A DNA stretch of 64,000 nt, from contig NC_135254.1 in the NCBI RefSeq assembly GCF_964204865.1, positions 4,774,001 to 4,838,000 of the forward strand, written 5' to 3'. The translations under genes were made by a program, and so were the position numbers. Positions 11,201-25,020 of the stretch are shown one piece after another (the stretch's first letter is position 1; each line of letters begins with the position of its first letter). The notes under the pieces are model-generated. The model made no database searches and was not told where the DNA came from. It was given only the letters and a program-made list of their open reading frames with translations. Origin of the DNA: Styela clava. Taxonomy: Eukaryota.

Positions 11201-14131
11201 ATTGAATATATCTTAAAATAAACAATACAATATTTTTTAAGTTTGTAACTACTAACTAGATGATTTAGAATGACTTGCTGGTAACATTTATCGTTTAATT
11301 CTGCTTTCACTGACTGAATTCGGTGGTTTAAACTGAATTAATGGTAAGTCAATGATAGGTAATTTGACCATGTTCTCAATACCTGATATCTAGCGCCCGC
11401 TTACGGTCGTCAGATAAAACCATATAATAAAAAATCACAAAAGTCGTTCTAAGTGAATAGGATATATTAATATAAGAATAATGTTATTTATTATTAATCA
11501 GGACCAGACAGTTGATAAGATATACATGGCATACAAGCATATTTTTATGACGCTTATTCGCGTATTTTTTCGACCAACGTCATGTACAAGCAGTCACTGC
11601 ATTTGGAAGGGACGGAATATTGCCGATTCGGTATTGCCTACCCAATTAACTACAGACTGGTTGAGGTGGTGGGCATAAAATTTGGAACCGATCGGAGGAA
11701 AAGTTCATTTTAAAACAGTTTATTAGTGGCCGATTGTAGGTTCTTGTGTTGTTCAGTGCGGCCAGATTTCGTGCTCCAACATACCCCGCTAAAAGTAAGC
11801 AACAAAGCAAAAATATTTTGAATCTATTTTTTTATTTTTCATTTTCTCTAAACGTACTAGATTTAACGGGTGTTCGTGATTTGATAAATGTTCTAACGAA
11901 AATCAAATAAGGTTACCTATATATCTGATTGATGGCATTGTTGTTACCAGGGAAACCCCCTTTCAAATCTAACATGTTAAGAAGGCCTCAAACATCGATC
12001 ATGTTCAACTGCTTTGGTCCTCGATCTATTGTGTGAAATCATGGAATTGCGCAAGTAAACTGACATAACCACAAAGATTTCGAGACATTTGTAAAACTCT
12101 CAATAGCAATTACGGTAGAGAATGATAATGGTCGTATCGCTCCCTCTTGACCATACCAAAACAATTTTGTTGTTGCTCCTTTTTTCTGTATTGATGACAT
12201 CACTCTTGGTTGACAATATTAAATCTCTCTGTAATGTTACCTTGCCAGTAATACATTCTTTGGTCAGAGTAGAATACGAGTACAAATTTTGTCACTGTTC
12301 TAATGAAACTATACATCCAAAATCGAATTCTGGACCTTGTGTGACAAAGTACGTTTATCAGCAAAAGTAAAGATACAGAGTATTGAATGTTCGATTATAT
12401 GCATTGAAGTTGACAGTTAGGTGTGGTACCTGAAAATTTTCAACACCCCTACTATTGCTCTGCTGACTACCCCCGTTTTTTTTGCTATCGATTTTGTCAA
12501 AGTAGCAGAAATATTTGAATGCTACTTACTACTACTTACTATGATATTTTTATGAAAGAGGTAGTTGAGCTTTTGGAAATTTGATTCATGGGTAATAATA
12601 TTAAAAATTTTGGGATTCATTGATATAGCCTTAACTAACAAATTGAATTTTTTTCAACCTGAAAATGCCATAAATTTTGGTCAAATTTTAAACAGTTCAA
12701 AAAGAGGTTTGTATTTAATAATAATAAGTTACGTTCTGTACTTTGTCCCGATATCACATCACTGGCTGCTGTAATCATAAATGCAAACAAACCACTTCTA
12801 GTATGAGGCCACCTAATATAAATTCTTATTTGTTATCTCCTCTTGACACGCATCACTGTTTGTTTTGTATTTCGTAATTGACTCTACTTTTAACAAAATT
12901 TAGTTTTTCTAAGATGCAAAATTAGGTTTTAAAAGGCATAAATTCTTAAGTCAACTTTAATTTTCAATTTAATATCCAAAACTTGTACTGACGAATCTCA
13001 TCAGATTTATATTTGATTTATTATAATTAATATTAATGAGTTGAATATTAATTAATAATAATCCTAAATAATTTTAGTAATGTCACAAGACTAGGAGAAA
13101 AAACAATATATACATATCACATATTATGAAAACCAGAACATATTTTTAGTAAATGATTCTTGTGAATTCACTGCCTAATCGCTGTTTTCCCGATAATATT
13201 GATTTAGAAAGCTTTAATCCAATCGATATTTGCTGAAGTGTAATTCTTTACTACCTTTTGTTTACATTACACAACTTGATGTAAAGTATGTGTACCAATA
13301 TGGAGCTAAATAATTTTGTTCATCTACTTTACATCAAGTTCGAAAGCTGATGGGTAGGGTGTATGTTGACTTGGCAAAAACAAACAGACAAAATTCCCCG
13401 AACTCGTAGTAGAACTAAAATAAGGAAATTAGGGATGAAATTACGGCCTAACTCTAACCTGGTATACATACTACGGCAATACTCATTTTTATTATATTCT
13501 CAGTAGACTTGTTACTTTTGTGATCACCCATATTGTCAATAGGAGTATGTCATGTGTGACCTTGCTTTAAACAAATTTTGTTATAAAATAATAATTTAGA
13601 AATATTTTTACAACATAGATTCCAAATTAATAACTTAATGGAATTGGTATTTTTGCATTTGATAATTCTAGGGATGATCTGGAAAGGGTTGGCATTGCCT
13701 GAATTCAAAATTGATTTAACAAAGTAACAAAGTTCCAATCTTAATGAATAATCCATACAACCTCAAATTAATAAATATTTTCTATATTTATGCTGTTCTC
13801 CTTCTATATGACATTTACAACTATTTATACAAAAAAACTAGCTTGCAGACCACAGAGTAATGAAAGGTTTCCCTGAAACTCACTTCAATTGTTTATCATC
13901 GTATTAATATCATAATAAAGTCTGCAGACACGGTCGATAATTACTAGATTCATGTGATAAATTCAAATAATATTTTGTAATTTGGTGACTACTAAAATCT
14001 ACTCTACACTAGCTTACTTCAATAAGGAACTACTAGAACTGATCTGTATATTTGGTGGAGGATAATTACAGTGCTCAAACTTTATATAGAAACTTCAATA
14101 GTCTAACAACTGTATATAAAGCTGTCTAAAC

Positions 14132-14467
14132 CAGAGGTTCTGAAACAGGGGGTGCGCAGACAATTTTTTGAGGGGATGTGAAGCTATAAACAATAAAAAT
14201 ATATGTTAGATTATCTACCACAAAACCTCGAATTAAACATCTTGTCAGTCAAATACAACTGCACTGATGAAAACAACAGCAAATTTTGCTTACAACTTTT
14301 CATTTATTTCATTATTTACGTTCCATCCACATATTTTCAACTTGGTTTCTGAATGAAAAATACTTTCACTTTACTATCTATTATTTAGAGCTTATTGTAA
14401 GCCTATTTATGAGGTGGGGCATGGGACTCGACAACTTCTGACAAGAGGGCATGCTCAAAAACTACTG
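14132..14467. mobile_element. hAT MITE with 8-bp TSD
   Basis: TSD GTCTAAAC at 14124-14131 and 14468-14475; CAG...CTG termini. Confidence 0.8.
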
Positions 14468-17400
14468 GTCTAAACAGAGAGTAGATCTCTGTTACCAAGG
14501 TTCACAAACTGGGGTACACTCCTATTTAAATGTATAAACAACTCAGTAAGGGGAAACTAAGAACAAAACTGTATATTTTGTACAAGAAAATTGCAGCGCT
14601 CAAAATCAATCTAGAAATTCAACAGAGTAATTATTGTATATAAAACTGCACAAATAGAAAAATTACATTCGACGAATCTGGATTATTGAATACGTATAAA
14701 TTCACTAAAACAAATCTGCATAGGTGTATTTGATCTTGGCATCAACTGAATATGTCTCAAATAAATCTACTCGACAAAAGTGTGAAACATAGTAATGTAT
14801 AAACTTTATTCTTATAAATGATAATAGCCTACAGGGGAAACTAAAATGAAAAATGCTATTTTCCCCCTATGTAATCAACAAGAAAGCATTTGCAAATCAC
14901 AGAGCAATAGAAAATTTTATTGATCTTCTCGCAAATCCCAAATTCTATATCATGGCTATAAAGTCAGCAGACAGATACAGCTTTCCTTTACCTCAAGAAA
15001 AATTTATAAATCCTATCCTGTCCTTTGTAATGAGGAGGTTAATTGATATTTTGTAATTTGCAGACTACCAAAAACTACTCTATCATACTAGCCTACTTAC
15101 TTATACAGCATCTCAGTAAGTAGAATCTCAGTAAGGAATCACTTCAATAGAACTGTATATTAACTGGAGCAAAGTTGCAGTGTTTAATATGATTCATAAA
15201 ATTTAAACTGACCAAGTACAGTAAATAGAACTGCCCAAAGAAAAATTTAAAAAAGATGAATCTGCATTATTATTTAAACATAAAATACACACAAACAAGT
15301 CTGCATTGGAGTTATTGTAATTATGCTTAGATGAATGCAGTTAGGCCATCAAATGTTTGTTTCAAATAATGATAGTCAAAGTGGTTCACATCAAAATTCC
15401 AAAACATATTCCTACGTAAATCTCAGAAATAATCAGAATGTTTCCCAAAATACACTGAACAATGAGAATATCATGGATAAATTGGTATTTGTATTGATAC
15501 AAAATAAATTCTTTAATAAATTATCTCATGGGGGAATGACTTTGAGTACCGAAGTACAACAACAGGCTACTATAACAGGCTAAAGGCTATCAACAACCAT
15601 TATAAACCTTTTATTTAAGAAAAACAAAGTTGGTTTTTAGATAAATGATATGATGAAAAATTACGATGCTCTGGAAATATTGGTATAAGTATTAACACAA
15701 TCGAAACTAAACAACAAATTATAAACAGACCATTTAATTAAGGCATTATCTGACTTTAGACATATACAGTAGCAACTTTGATTAAGAATAGACTATAAAT
15801 TTCAGAAAGCATAATAGCAACCATTGATAAAATGAACAAAAAGCATAAACAAGATGTAATAATTTAAGAACTACTGCTACCTGGAAACATTTACCATTAT
15901 TTAAATACGAAGCAACCACAAGAATAATGAGAACAAAATAGAATTAAAAATAAAAGTACATATTGAGTCAATTATCACTTGTGGATAAAAAGAAAAAAGT
16001 AAATATCATAACATTTTGTATAAAAGGATAAAATTGATGAGTCGTGCCTTGTGCACAATATTATAGGTCTCGTGCTCGTGTCTAATTTGCCATATAAATT
16101 TAAACTATATCATTTAAAGGCAGATAATTATTTCAACTCAACGAGAACCAAATAACAAACCATTGTCATTGCATAACAGATCAAATAAAAATACTTGAAC
16201 TTGGGAAGCGTTTTATAATGATAATGAAATCCAGAACGTTCATATGTAAATACTAGGACTTGTAGAACAATTATTATGGCTGAAATGTCAGATCAAATAA
16301 ATTCATATCGTATGTTAGAGATCTTTGTGATAACCCTAAAATAAAAAGGCGTATGTAATAATTGAGAACTACTCATATTGAAACTAAATACCAACTAGAC
16401 TGAAGTTGACTGGGTCAATAACAAAATGACTGGAGTAAATTCAAATCATCAAATTAAAGCATTGGAATCTTCAATTTTGCTTTCTCAACTGTCTAAGACC
16501 AGAAATAGAGAGGATAATTAGATAGCTATCGCCATATCCAATCTGTTATAACACGGGAAGTAACTCAGGGCCATGGCAATATGTTATGCTTGACATGAAT
16601 AACTAGATGAACTATGGAAAGTTATTTGGTAATAGTTGGCTAAAGTGTTTGTCATTGAATAACTAGTCGCGCTCATGACTAGAAAAAAGCTCTCGAGCCC
16701 ACCGGAAAAATGTGGTCACTTCAACGATGGTTAAATTCTCAGAAGAGTGTTCATCAGATATGCATACATTACTTGTATATAATCAACCTTTTATTCAATG
16801 AAATCATGCAGACGAACAATAATCAAGATCAAATAAAAAAACTGGTAGACGCATAATTCCAAGAACACATCTATTATATATAGAAATGGTTCTCAAACGG
16901 TGGGAACTACAGGGGGAGTTTTATTTACCGTACATTTCTTTATTTTGGATATTTGCATTCCAGCCTTGTATTTTCAACAAGTTTTTTGAATAAAATATAC
17001 CAGTACCTTTGCCTTACTATCTTTTAATTGTAGCTTATTGTTAGCTAGTTATTTTTAGGTGGGGAAACTAAATAAATTCTCAAACTAGGCTTAAAAGTTT
17101 TAGAAACACTGATATATAAACAATCAATAATCAAAGAAATTGTTCCAAATATAAAATCTTCAAATTTCGTGAATTGCATAAACCAATTTCAATGTAATAA
17201 AAAAAGGACAACAATCCTAGGTGTTTTTGAAAAAACAACGATTAGTGTTATTTCCATCTTGAAGCACACAAAGATAAAACAATCAGTAATCTAATTTCTC
17301 AATATTTTTTTTTGTATATATCAAACGAACTTAAATTTCTCTGTTTCGGATATCTAAAATTCATAATTTTCATTTATGAAGGGAAATCACATCACTCCTA

Positions 17401-18187
17401 AGAGAGAAGCACCTTGTGGGTCAAATGGTACGCACAAGGAGAGGACCATAAATATTAAAATGAGCCATGTAAAACACTAGGCAACAATGGTACGAAACAA
17501 TGGCATTCTTTAAATCTTTTAAAGTGGAAGGCATATTCAAGCTTAGGTAGAAGAGAAAATGAAAACTGAGCTATTGTAGTGTTAGTTCGTAGATGGGACT
17601 GAGAGAATGACATTTATGAAATACTGACCTAAGCATTACATAAAAGTCAAGTCATGTTTTTCAGCATTTTGACAGCTGAAAAGTTGACAATTGGCAACAC
17701 AACTGGTGATGTCCAAAACTGGTCAGGTGACTGAATGGTTGGAGGTGTTGCAAGCTGAATGGAATGTAGTGAGTTCAGAACTTCTTGTATGAAGTATACA
17801 TATGCAGTAGATCCAATTATGAAATATACAACACTATATTGATACTCGGAAAAGATATAAAACTGTCCAATTGAATATCGACACATAGGTAAGAGAGAAA
17901 TAAGGAAGTGTTTTTCCATGCGAGCTTTATCACTTGAGGATACCAACAGTCGAGCAAGTCAACTTCCGGTGACTTATTGAAAAAAATGTGTAATTTGACT
18001 TGATGCTATTACGTGATTGCACGATCTTAAATTTGTAATAAATAAAATTTGAAAAGGTCATGCCAAAATGGGAACATAATTGTTAGAGTGAGTGAGCCTA
18101 TTCCAATTGAATGCAAGGAACAATGTAAGACTTGGGCTCAATTGCAAAAGTAATGAATGATAAAAAGTAAAAATTCATATTGAAAGA

Positions 18188-18376
18188 GGTACTCCCGAAG
18201 TATGTGAACGAGGTTAGGGTTAGGGCATAATTTAAGATACAAATACTACGGGAAGTTTCGAACTCGTAATAGAACTGAAAAAAGGAAAATTGAAATAAAA
18301 TATGGCCTATCTCCAATCTGGTACACATACTAGGTTCTGATGTCCGCCATCTTGGTTCACATACTTCTGGAGTACC
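18188..18376. mobile_element. Palindromic MITE (GGTACTCC...GGAGTACC termini)
   Basis: 22-bp near-perfect TIRs. Interior shared with 1655-1885 and 13390-13480. Confidence 0.75.
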
Positions 18377-20090
18377 GAAAAATATTTATAACAGTAGGAT
18401 ATGCAAATGTCATAATGCTCACACAAAATTGCAACATGAACATTAATACAATGGGCCCAGTGGGTAAAGCATTAAATTCCGTCAGTTGGTATCACAGTTC
18501 CTTATGTTGGCTCAATGGCTCATTACTTACCAGTGGATGGTGATACAGAAAATTGTTGGGGAGGTGACAATGTGAAAATGTTGTCTAAAACATTGAATCG
18601 GGATCAAGTATTCTTTTTATATTTGTGAAACAATAAACAATTGCATATTTTAATATTTCTTAAAAATTCTAGTATAATTTGCATAAAACGAGAATTAAAA
18701 GCAAATACTGTAGGTATAAATCACAGTATTTGTCAGTCATGTCTACAGGGCAGAATTTGCTAGAATTGAATAAATGGAGATCAAAATAAATTACTATTAT
18801 ATCACAGTATCAGTTCAGTTTAAACTGTCACAAATGCGATATAATAAAAATGTAAAAAATTAGAAAACCTAATAGATATCATTATATTTACTGGTTATTA
18901 AGCAGGGTAAAAAATAATATCAGAATATTTAGAATTAATAACAACTGACTGAACATTTAAGGGGCTACAATAAATAACTTTCCGAGCTCAAATTCTGATT
19001 CCAAAATATTCCAAGCAATATGATTTTTACTAATATCATGATCTGTCAAGTGTCAATACAAAATTGAGCCGATATGGAAATTGCACGATTACAATTCGGA
19101 TTATTAAATTTTCTCATAATATTTATAGTTTTATTGCTTCATCATTTATAATATTTGATTAAAAACAACATTAGCATAACAGCTGCAATGAAATTATTAT
19201 CTTGGCCCTTGATGCAGTTTTAATGAAGGCAAGTTCAATATCAAAGTTCACTATCCTATGCAGGAAACAGTGCAATCAGTGTTGCAGGAAATCTCTCAAG
19301 TTTGCTTTCCAGAATTTCTGTGAAATAAATTTTTTTTTTATGAGAGTCAATTAAACGAAGCAAAAATTTGTCAATCTGTACATTATGATAGGGCAGCTCA
19401 TTCAAATATATTGTTTTTGCTATAACTATCATATCCATCCAAGCTACTAATTTCCCAAACTACCAAACTAATTTCTTGTCACTGGTAAAATTACAGTATC
19501 TGTAAAAAATGTTAGTCATTCACATATCAGTGGATGATTGTACAGAGCCTTGTCCGGAGGTACGAACATAAACAAAAAAGGGGTATGAAAAATTGTTATC
19601 TCTATATTTTCAAATTACTTTATCTTACACATTTGTACTACAATAGTGAAATGGCCAAGCAGTTACTTGAAATCAAAAGAACTGGGTAGAATTGAAATTG
19701 GGGCCTGGATTTATATTATCAATAAAACCTGCACAGCACACGGAGTGTCTCATTAAAGATAGCGCTTTCAAATTTGCACTTCAAAACCTTTGAAAACCAT
19801 GTGATTGTGATATCATATATGACAGTGGAGCACTTTATGATGTCTTTGGGGCTGGGCTTTTCAAATCGAATATTAGAATTAAATCGAATTGTAAATTGTT
19901 GAATCTGAGTAAACTTCATGTAAACGAGCGACCTTTTATCTACCTCGATACCAAAAGCAAGTTCATTACTCAATTCAGTTTCAAGTGATGATTATCTAAT
20001 TGTTATTTCAGAAATTTAAGACTATTTATATGGATGCATTTCGGGAGAGTGGACTCAGCAATATTTTTCCAGAGTGTCAAGTTAATACAA

Positions 20091-23000
20091 TTATCTCACC
20101 GGTATTGATACATCAAACACGAATCCTTTCACCTCCAATGCTTCTATCAGTTTCATTGTATGGTTCGGATCTGGATAACCATTGCTGAAGAAGAATAAGT
20201 TCATGAGCTATGTTTGAACATGCTCATAGACAAAATAATAGAAGTATGGTAAGTTTTTTGTTAAACAATGCTGGATCATGATCTTAGAGTTTTAAAGTGC
20301 AGAACTTGGTTCTATGGAATTATAGTGCAATACGCAGGGTAAACAAAATTTCAAAATTTGTTTTATTCTTCCTTATCTGCCAATATTTTTTGAAATACAG
20401 TAAATACTCATCAATCACAAAACACGCAAAGTACTTACTTCTCAGTTCCTTCAGTATTATTAGTCTTATGAGGAATATCATCGCTCCAAACAAGATTTCC
20501 TCTTCTATTACCAACTTCTTGAATCTTGAAAATCGATCCTGCAATGAATGCTTGATTGAGTAAGTTGAGATATATCCATCCATCATTAGTATTTGGCAAA
20601 TATTCAGCAAAATCTTGTGCCTCATATGAAATTCCCTAAAGAAAAAAACATAACTAATCATCTCTAATACATTGGAATTGGTTAAAACTGATATAAATAT
20701 GAGAATATCTATGAACATTCACCAGAAGTCAAATGAAAATTTCATCAAAATACTTGGTATTTTCATTTTCAATATATTATTTCAATTTGAAAACTCCATA
20801 CCTCAATTATACATTGAAATCAGGACCTATCCATGGGGAATCTTGTTAAATATTTGGCTATGCCATGATTTTATTGCACCATTGGGCCTAAATCAAAGTG
20901 AAAATAGAAGAACTAAATTACAAGCATCTTAAATTCAAATAAATAATTTAATTTTATTCAGATTTCAACAAGCTTCACATGACTATTTTATGATTCTACT
21001 GCATTTATAAATACTTTATTTAATCTTTGTCTCAAAAACAAACGTTTCAAAGCATTGATTTCCATCAGAACTGAATTCTATGACCATACCCAGTCTAAAT
21101 TAGGTATAGACGGACAAAGCACGAACCAGAGTCAACCCATATAAGCCTGTGAAATGGCCTAACGGTTAAAGTGTTAGGCTGAACTATGCTGACATTACAT
21201 ATTGAACATCTCGGTTCAAATCCCCATTCCAAGAGTGAAATAAATTGAATAGGAAATGCAGAACTAGAAAATCATACTATATAGGCATGAAAATCATAAA
21301 TTATAGGTTTTTCTTAAAAAATCATTAGATATCAGTGGTTGCTTGTATAGGGACCAAAGAATTATAGAATATCAAATCATTAGATTGTAGATATCCCTAA
21401 ATATTTTTTTCAACAAATTGTGATTCTTCAGTTATTACACTGGTATTTAATTAAGGAATGATTATTCAATCAAGTGAAGTTCTAATGCGCAGTGGGGATT
21501 TATATTATGCATAAGAACCTTCTTGAATAAGACTGTTGAATATAGAAAATCCATAATTTATTTTCCCACCAACAATTAAATTTGTTTCATAACTCACCTT
21601 CAGACATCCAGCAGGAAATGAGTAGGTGATGACAATAGCACCCATTCTTTCATATCCTGGCAGTAATTCTTGCAAGAAATCCCATGACAGCTTCCCATCA
21701 GGCGGTTGTTGATTGATAATTCTTAGACCAGGAGTAGTTTGATTTGAAGAGTGAGATTCTGCATCTGGATTAATAAAACCAAAACTTGTAGCAAAATCAA
21801 TGTTTCATTTTTTTAAGCAAAAATGCTCGTGATTAAGAGGTTCGGTAATATTTAAAAGGTACCATAATATCTACAAATTATATGTATTCGTAAAATGAAA
21901 ATGAACTGAAAGTTAATTGAGTTATTGATGGTTATTTGAGTTTTGGGCCATGCCATGGCCTTGTGGTTGAAGTGCTATAATTAACTGTAGGCATTACAGA
22001 TTACACATCTTAGATTTAAACCCTATTCCACCCCTCATCCCAAGTGTGTAATTAGTTGACAGGCAATGCCTAACAGAAAAAACTCTGGTTCTCCAGAATA
22101 AATTATCTCTTTACATATCAATAGATATCAATCGTTTCAAGTACATAGCCTTGTTTGTAACATAACATCTTAAAAAAAGTTTTAATGTATAAAATATCTC
22201 GGATAGGTTGAGTTTATGGAAAAACAACACGGACATGGGCAAATTCAAATATGCTGAATCATGAAATTATACAGTAACTGAGACCTGGTTCAGAGACATC
22301 ATTTAGACAAAGTAATATAAAATCTACTCCATTTTATAGATTTTATAATTTATTCATACATGTGGCTTTTGCAACGCTAAGGCTTGAAATTTAGTTCAAT
22401 TCCGTTTGCACCTAGACATAGACATGAATACAAAATGCTTTTCAGTATTATCAAATTTTTCGATTAATGAGCTGATGCAGCAGATATCCGAGGTTAATTA
22501 TTAGCCCTAAAATGAGAGTTTCAATGAGAGATATTTCAGATTCACATTGTAAGACCGCCGTTCCATACAAACTGACAGGGAAAGTACGGTATCTTTGTTT
22601 TTCAGTATTTAAAGTATAATAAACCTTCATTAGGTGGTCTGGAACTGACAGTGCCATAACCCGATGCACATCCAACGTCAGAAGATCCTTCTCGTCATCC
22701 TCTGAAGATTTTGAATCTGGTAAAGTCAAGGAATTATCTGCATTTGGTTTTTCTTCACCTTTTGAAGATGCTCTATATATGAATTCATCCACTATTAGAT
22801 CATAGCACTTGTCTGACTTTCTTACTAAAGGTTCGAGTCGAACTGTCTCTTTTAGAAACTTGAGAGATAAATCTTTGACTTTAATGAAACTAAACAAGTC
22901 TTGGAAGATTTTTCTTCTGTTTTTGACATCGTATTTCACCCATTTCATCATCGACTCATATTTGACAGCCTCCGAAGTATACTTTGTGACTGAAGATTTG

Positions 23001-23929
23001 AAAAGTCTTAGTATATCATCCTTGCTGATATCCAGAAATTCATTTTTCTTACTAATTTGTTCAAAATTTGTCTCCAAAAATCGTGTAATGGTATCCTTAA
23101 CTGCCGTTTGTTCAGGAACTAGATTGGTTTCAAAAAGATTCTTCAATATAAAGCAGTTGTCAATATCAAGGTTTGTCTCGAGTTTTTTAGCATCAGAAAA
23201 TAATGCAGTGATTACCGATTTCTCAGCTGTTTTATTGTTTTTAACAATGGGTTCTTTAAGGACAGTTTCCAGAAGAAATTTGAAGGGAATTTGATCGATG
23301 CATACAAGTTCAGAAATATCTACGTTTTTTTTTCCATTTGCCCATGCCACCACGGCTTTCCATGATGTTTGGTAAGTCTCATTTCTCATGTAGCGCAAGA
23401 GATCTGATTTGGTGATGAATGGAAACATTTTGGAAGAAATAACAGATTGGAAATTATCAATCACGACCTGTTCGGCTTGTTGTTTTATATCATGGCGATT
23501 ATACATATGAGCCAGGTTGATTACAGAGAGACAATTTATAGGAGAAATCTTAATTTTCAAGAATTGAAAACAAAGATTTGTTAATTCCACCATTTGTAAA
23601 AGATTGGAAGCATGCAGGATATGCTGAATGTTTTCTATTTTTAAATCTGCTTTTCCTTTATACATGAACTCTACGCATTGTGCGATTCCATCCTGATCAA
23701 CCCCCTTCATATTAACTTGACCATCATGAACTTCCTTCAAGTTGCTTGAAAACATTGCTTCAAAGTATTCTGAAGAGGCTGCCAAGACAGTACGATGCAC
23801 TCGGAATGATTTTTCACCAACGTTGATGTTGAAATCGCAAAGAAATCCTTTTTCTTTGAACCTGTCATATGATGTCATGAGACGGTCTGACTGTTTTGCT
23901 ATAGTCTGGTCTATTACTTGTGAATTCAT
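20091..23929 (-). CDS. BTB-BACK-BACK-DTC fusion protein, copy 2 (possible frameshift at end of exon 1)
   Basis: Exons 23929-~22625, 21764-21598 (167 nt), 20635-20439 (197 nt) and 20184-20091 (94 nt). Exons 2-4 have the same sizes as in copy 1, are all open and have consensus splice sites. They translate QQPPDGK..LLPGYERMGAIVITYSFPAG / YLPNTNDG..VWSDDIPHKT / NGYPDPNHTMKLIEALEVKG. A 1-nt deletion near 22690 shifts the phase of the homologous donor. Confidence 0.7.
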
Positions 23930-24679
23930 CTTCGTACACTCACTAAACTGAGATATAAAAATTATAATTAGCGAGCGTGAACTGCAAACATTAATGTATC
24001 TATCTATTAGAAGTTAGCTTTGACCTTACTTTTACAAATGAAACATAGCTCAACAAACTAGACCATAGAATTGTGAAATATCATGTTTGTAATGTCTTTA
24101 TGTATAGATAAGGGGTCTGAACACTTCAAAAATATGAAATCTCAGCTGAATCAATGCAAACAAACCACTATTTGTATAAGGCCACTTAATAATAAAAATT
24201 CTTGTTTACTATCTCCTTGTGGCACGCATCACTGTTTGTTTTGTCTTTCGTAATAGACTTTACTTTTAACAAAATGTAGTTTTTGTAACATGCAAAATTA
24301 AGTTTTAAAATAAAAAAGAATTCTGATCTTAAATTTATTATTCAAAAAAATATCCAAAAGTTGTATTTATTATTAAAATTATTTTTGATTTATCCTGATT
24401 AGTTGAATAATTGGTTGAATAATAACAAATGATAATCCCAAAGTTGTTTCATTAATATACTGACTAATTAAACTTCACCGTAAGTATTGTTACAAATATT
24501 AATACAACTAAAACGGAAATACATTAATGCCATAATAATTCTATTTATCACAACGTCATCTAAATGAATATTTGCAGCTATATAATCAACAAAAAAGTAT
24601 TTGCAAGTCAAAAAGCAATAAAAGATTTTATTAACCTTCATTCAAATCCTATATCATAACTATAAAGTCGGAAGACAGA

Positions 24680-25020
24680 TTCACAACTTGGCATCGTGCT
24701 AAACGCTGGGAACACACTCGCTACCGCACACCTGATAATCTTGCAACTGCATGGGTTTGTAGATTCGAATTGTGTGGGACATAATTATGTTTGAAAGGGA
24801 TATTGAACTACTCGCTGCCGTAGGGTGGTCAGTTACGTCTTTCTCCACCATCAAGTGCATCTGAAATAACTAACTGGATAACTAATCCCATATCTGACAT
24901 GGATGGACTTGCTAACTGTACTGTGTACAAGGGGCCATGGTTGGCTATATGAATAGGCTGTCTTATCGGATTTCCTTTCGCCCAGAAAAAAATTTGTAAA
25001 ACCTATTCTATCTCATATAA
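24680..25020 (+). mobile_element. Probable tRNA-derived SINE
   Basis: A/B-box-like head (GGCATCGTGCTAAACG..GATTCGAATT) and a CCTATC-like tail. Mostly missing at the paralogous site ~14975. Confidence 0.45.

Noticed and set aside
12100-12370. Possible exons/ORFs in unique spacer sequence (also 17647-17946, 61893-62114, 59577-60152, 4007-4459)
   Set aside because: No recognisable domain and no phase-consistent exon chain; some lie inside MITEs or SINEs.
18213-18227. Interstitial telomere
   Set aside because: Only two TTAGGG units, internal to a MITE family.
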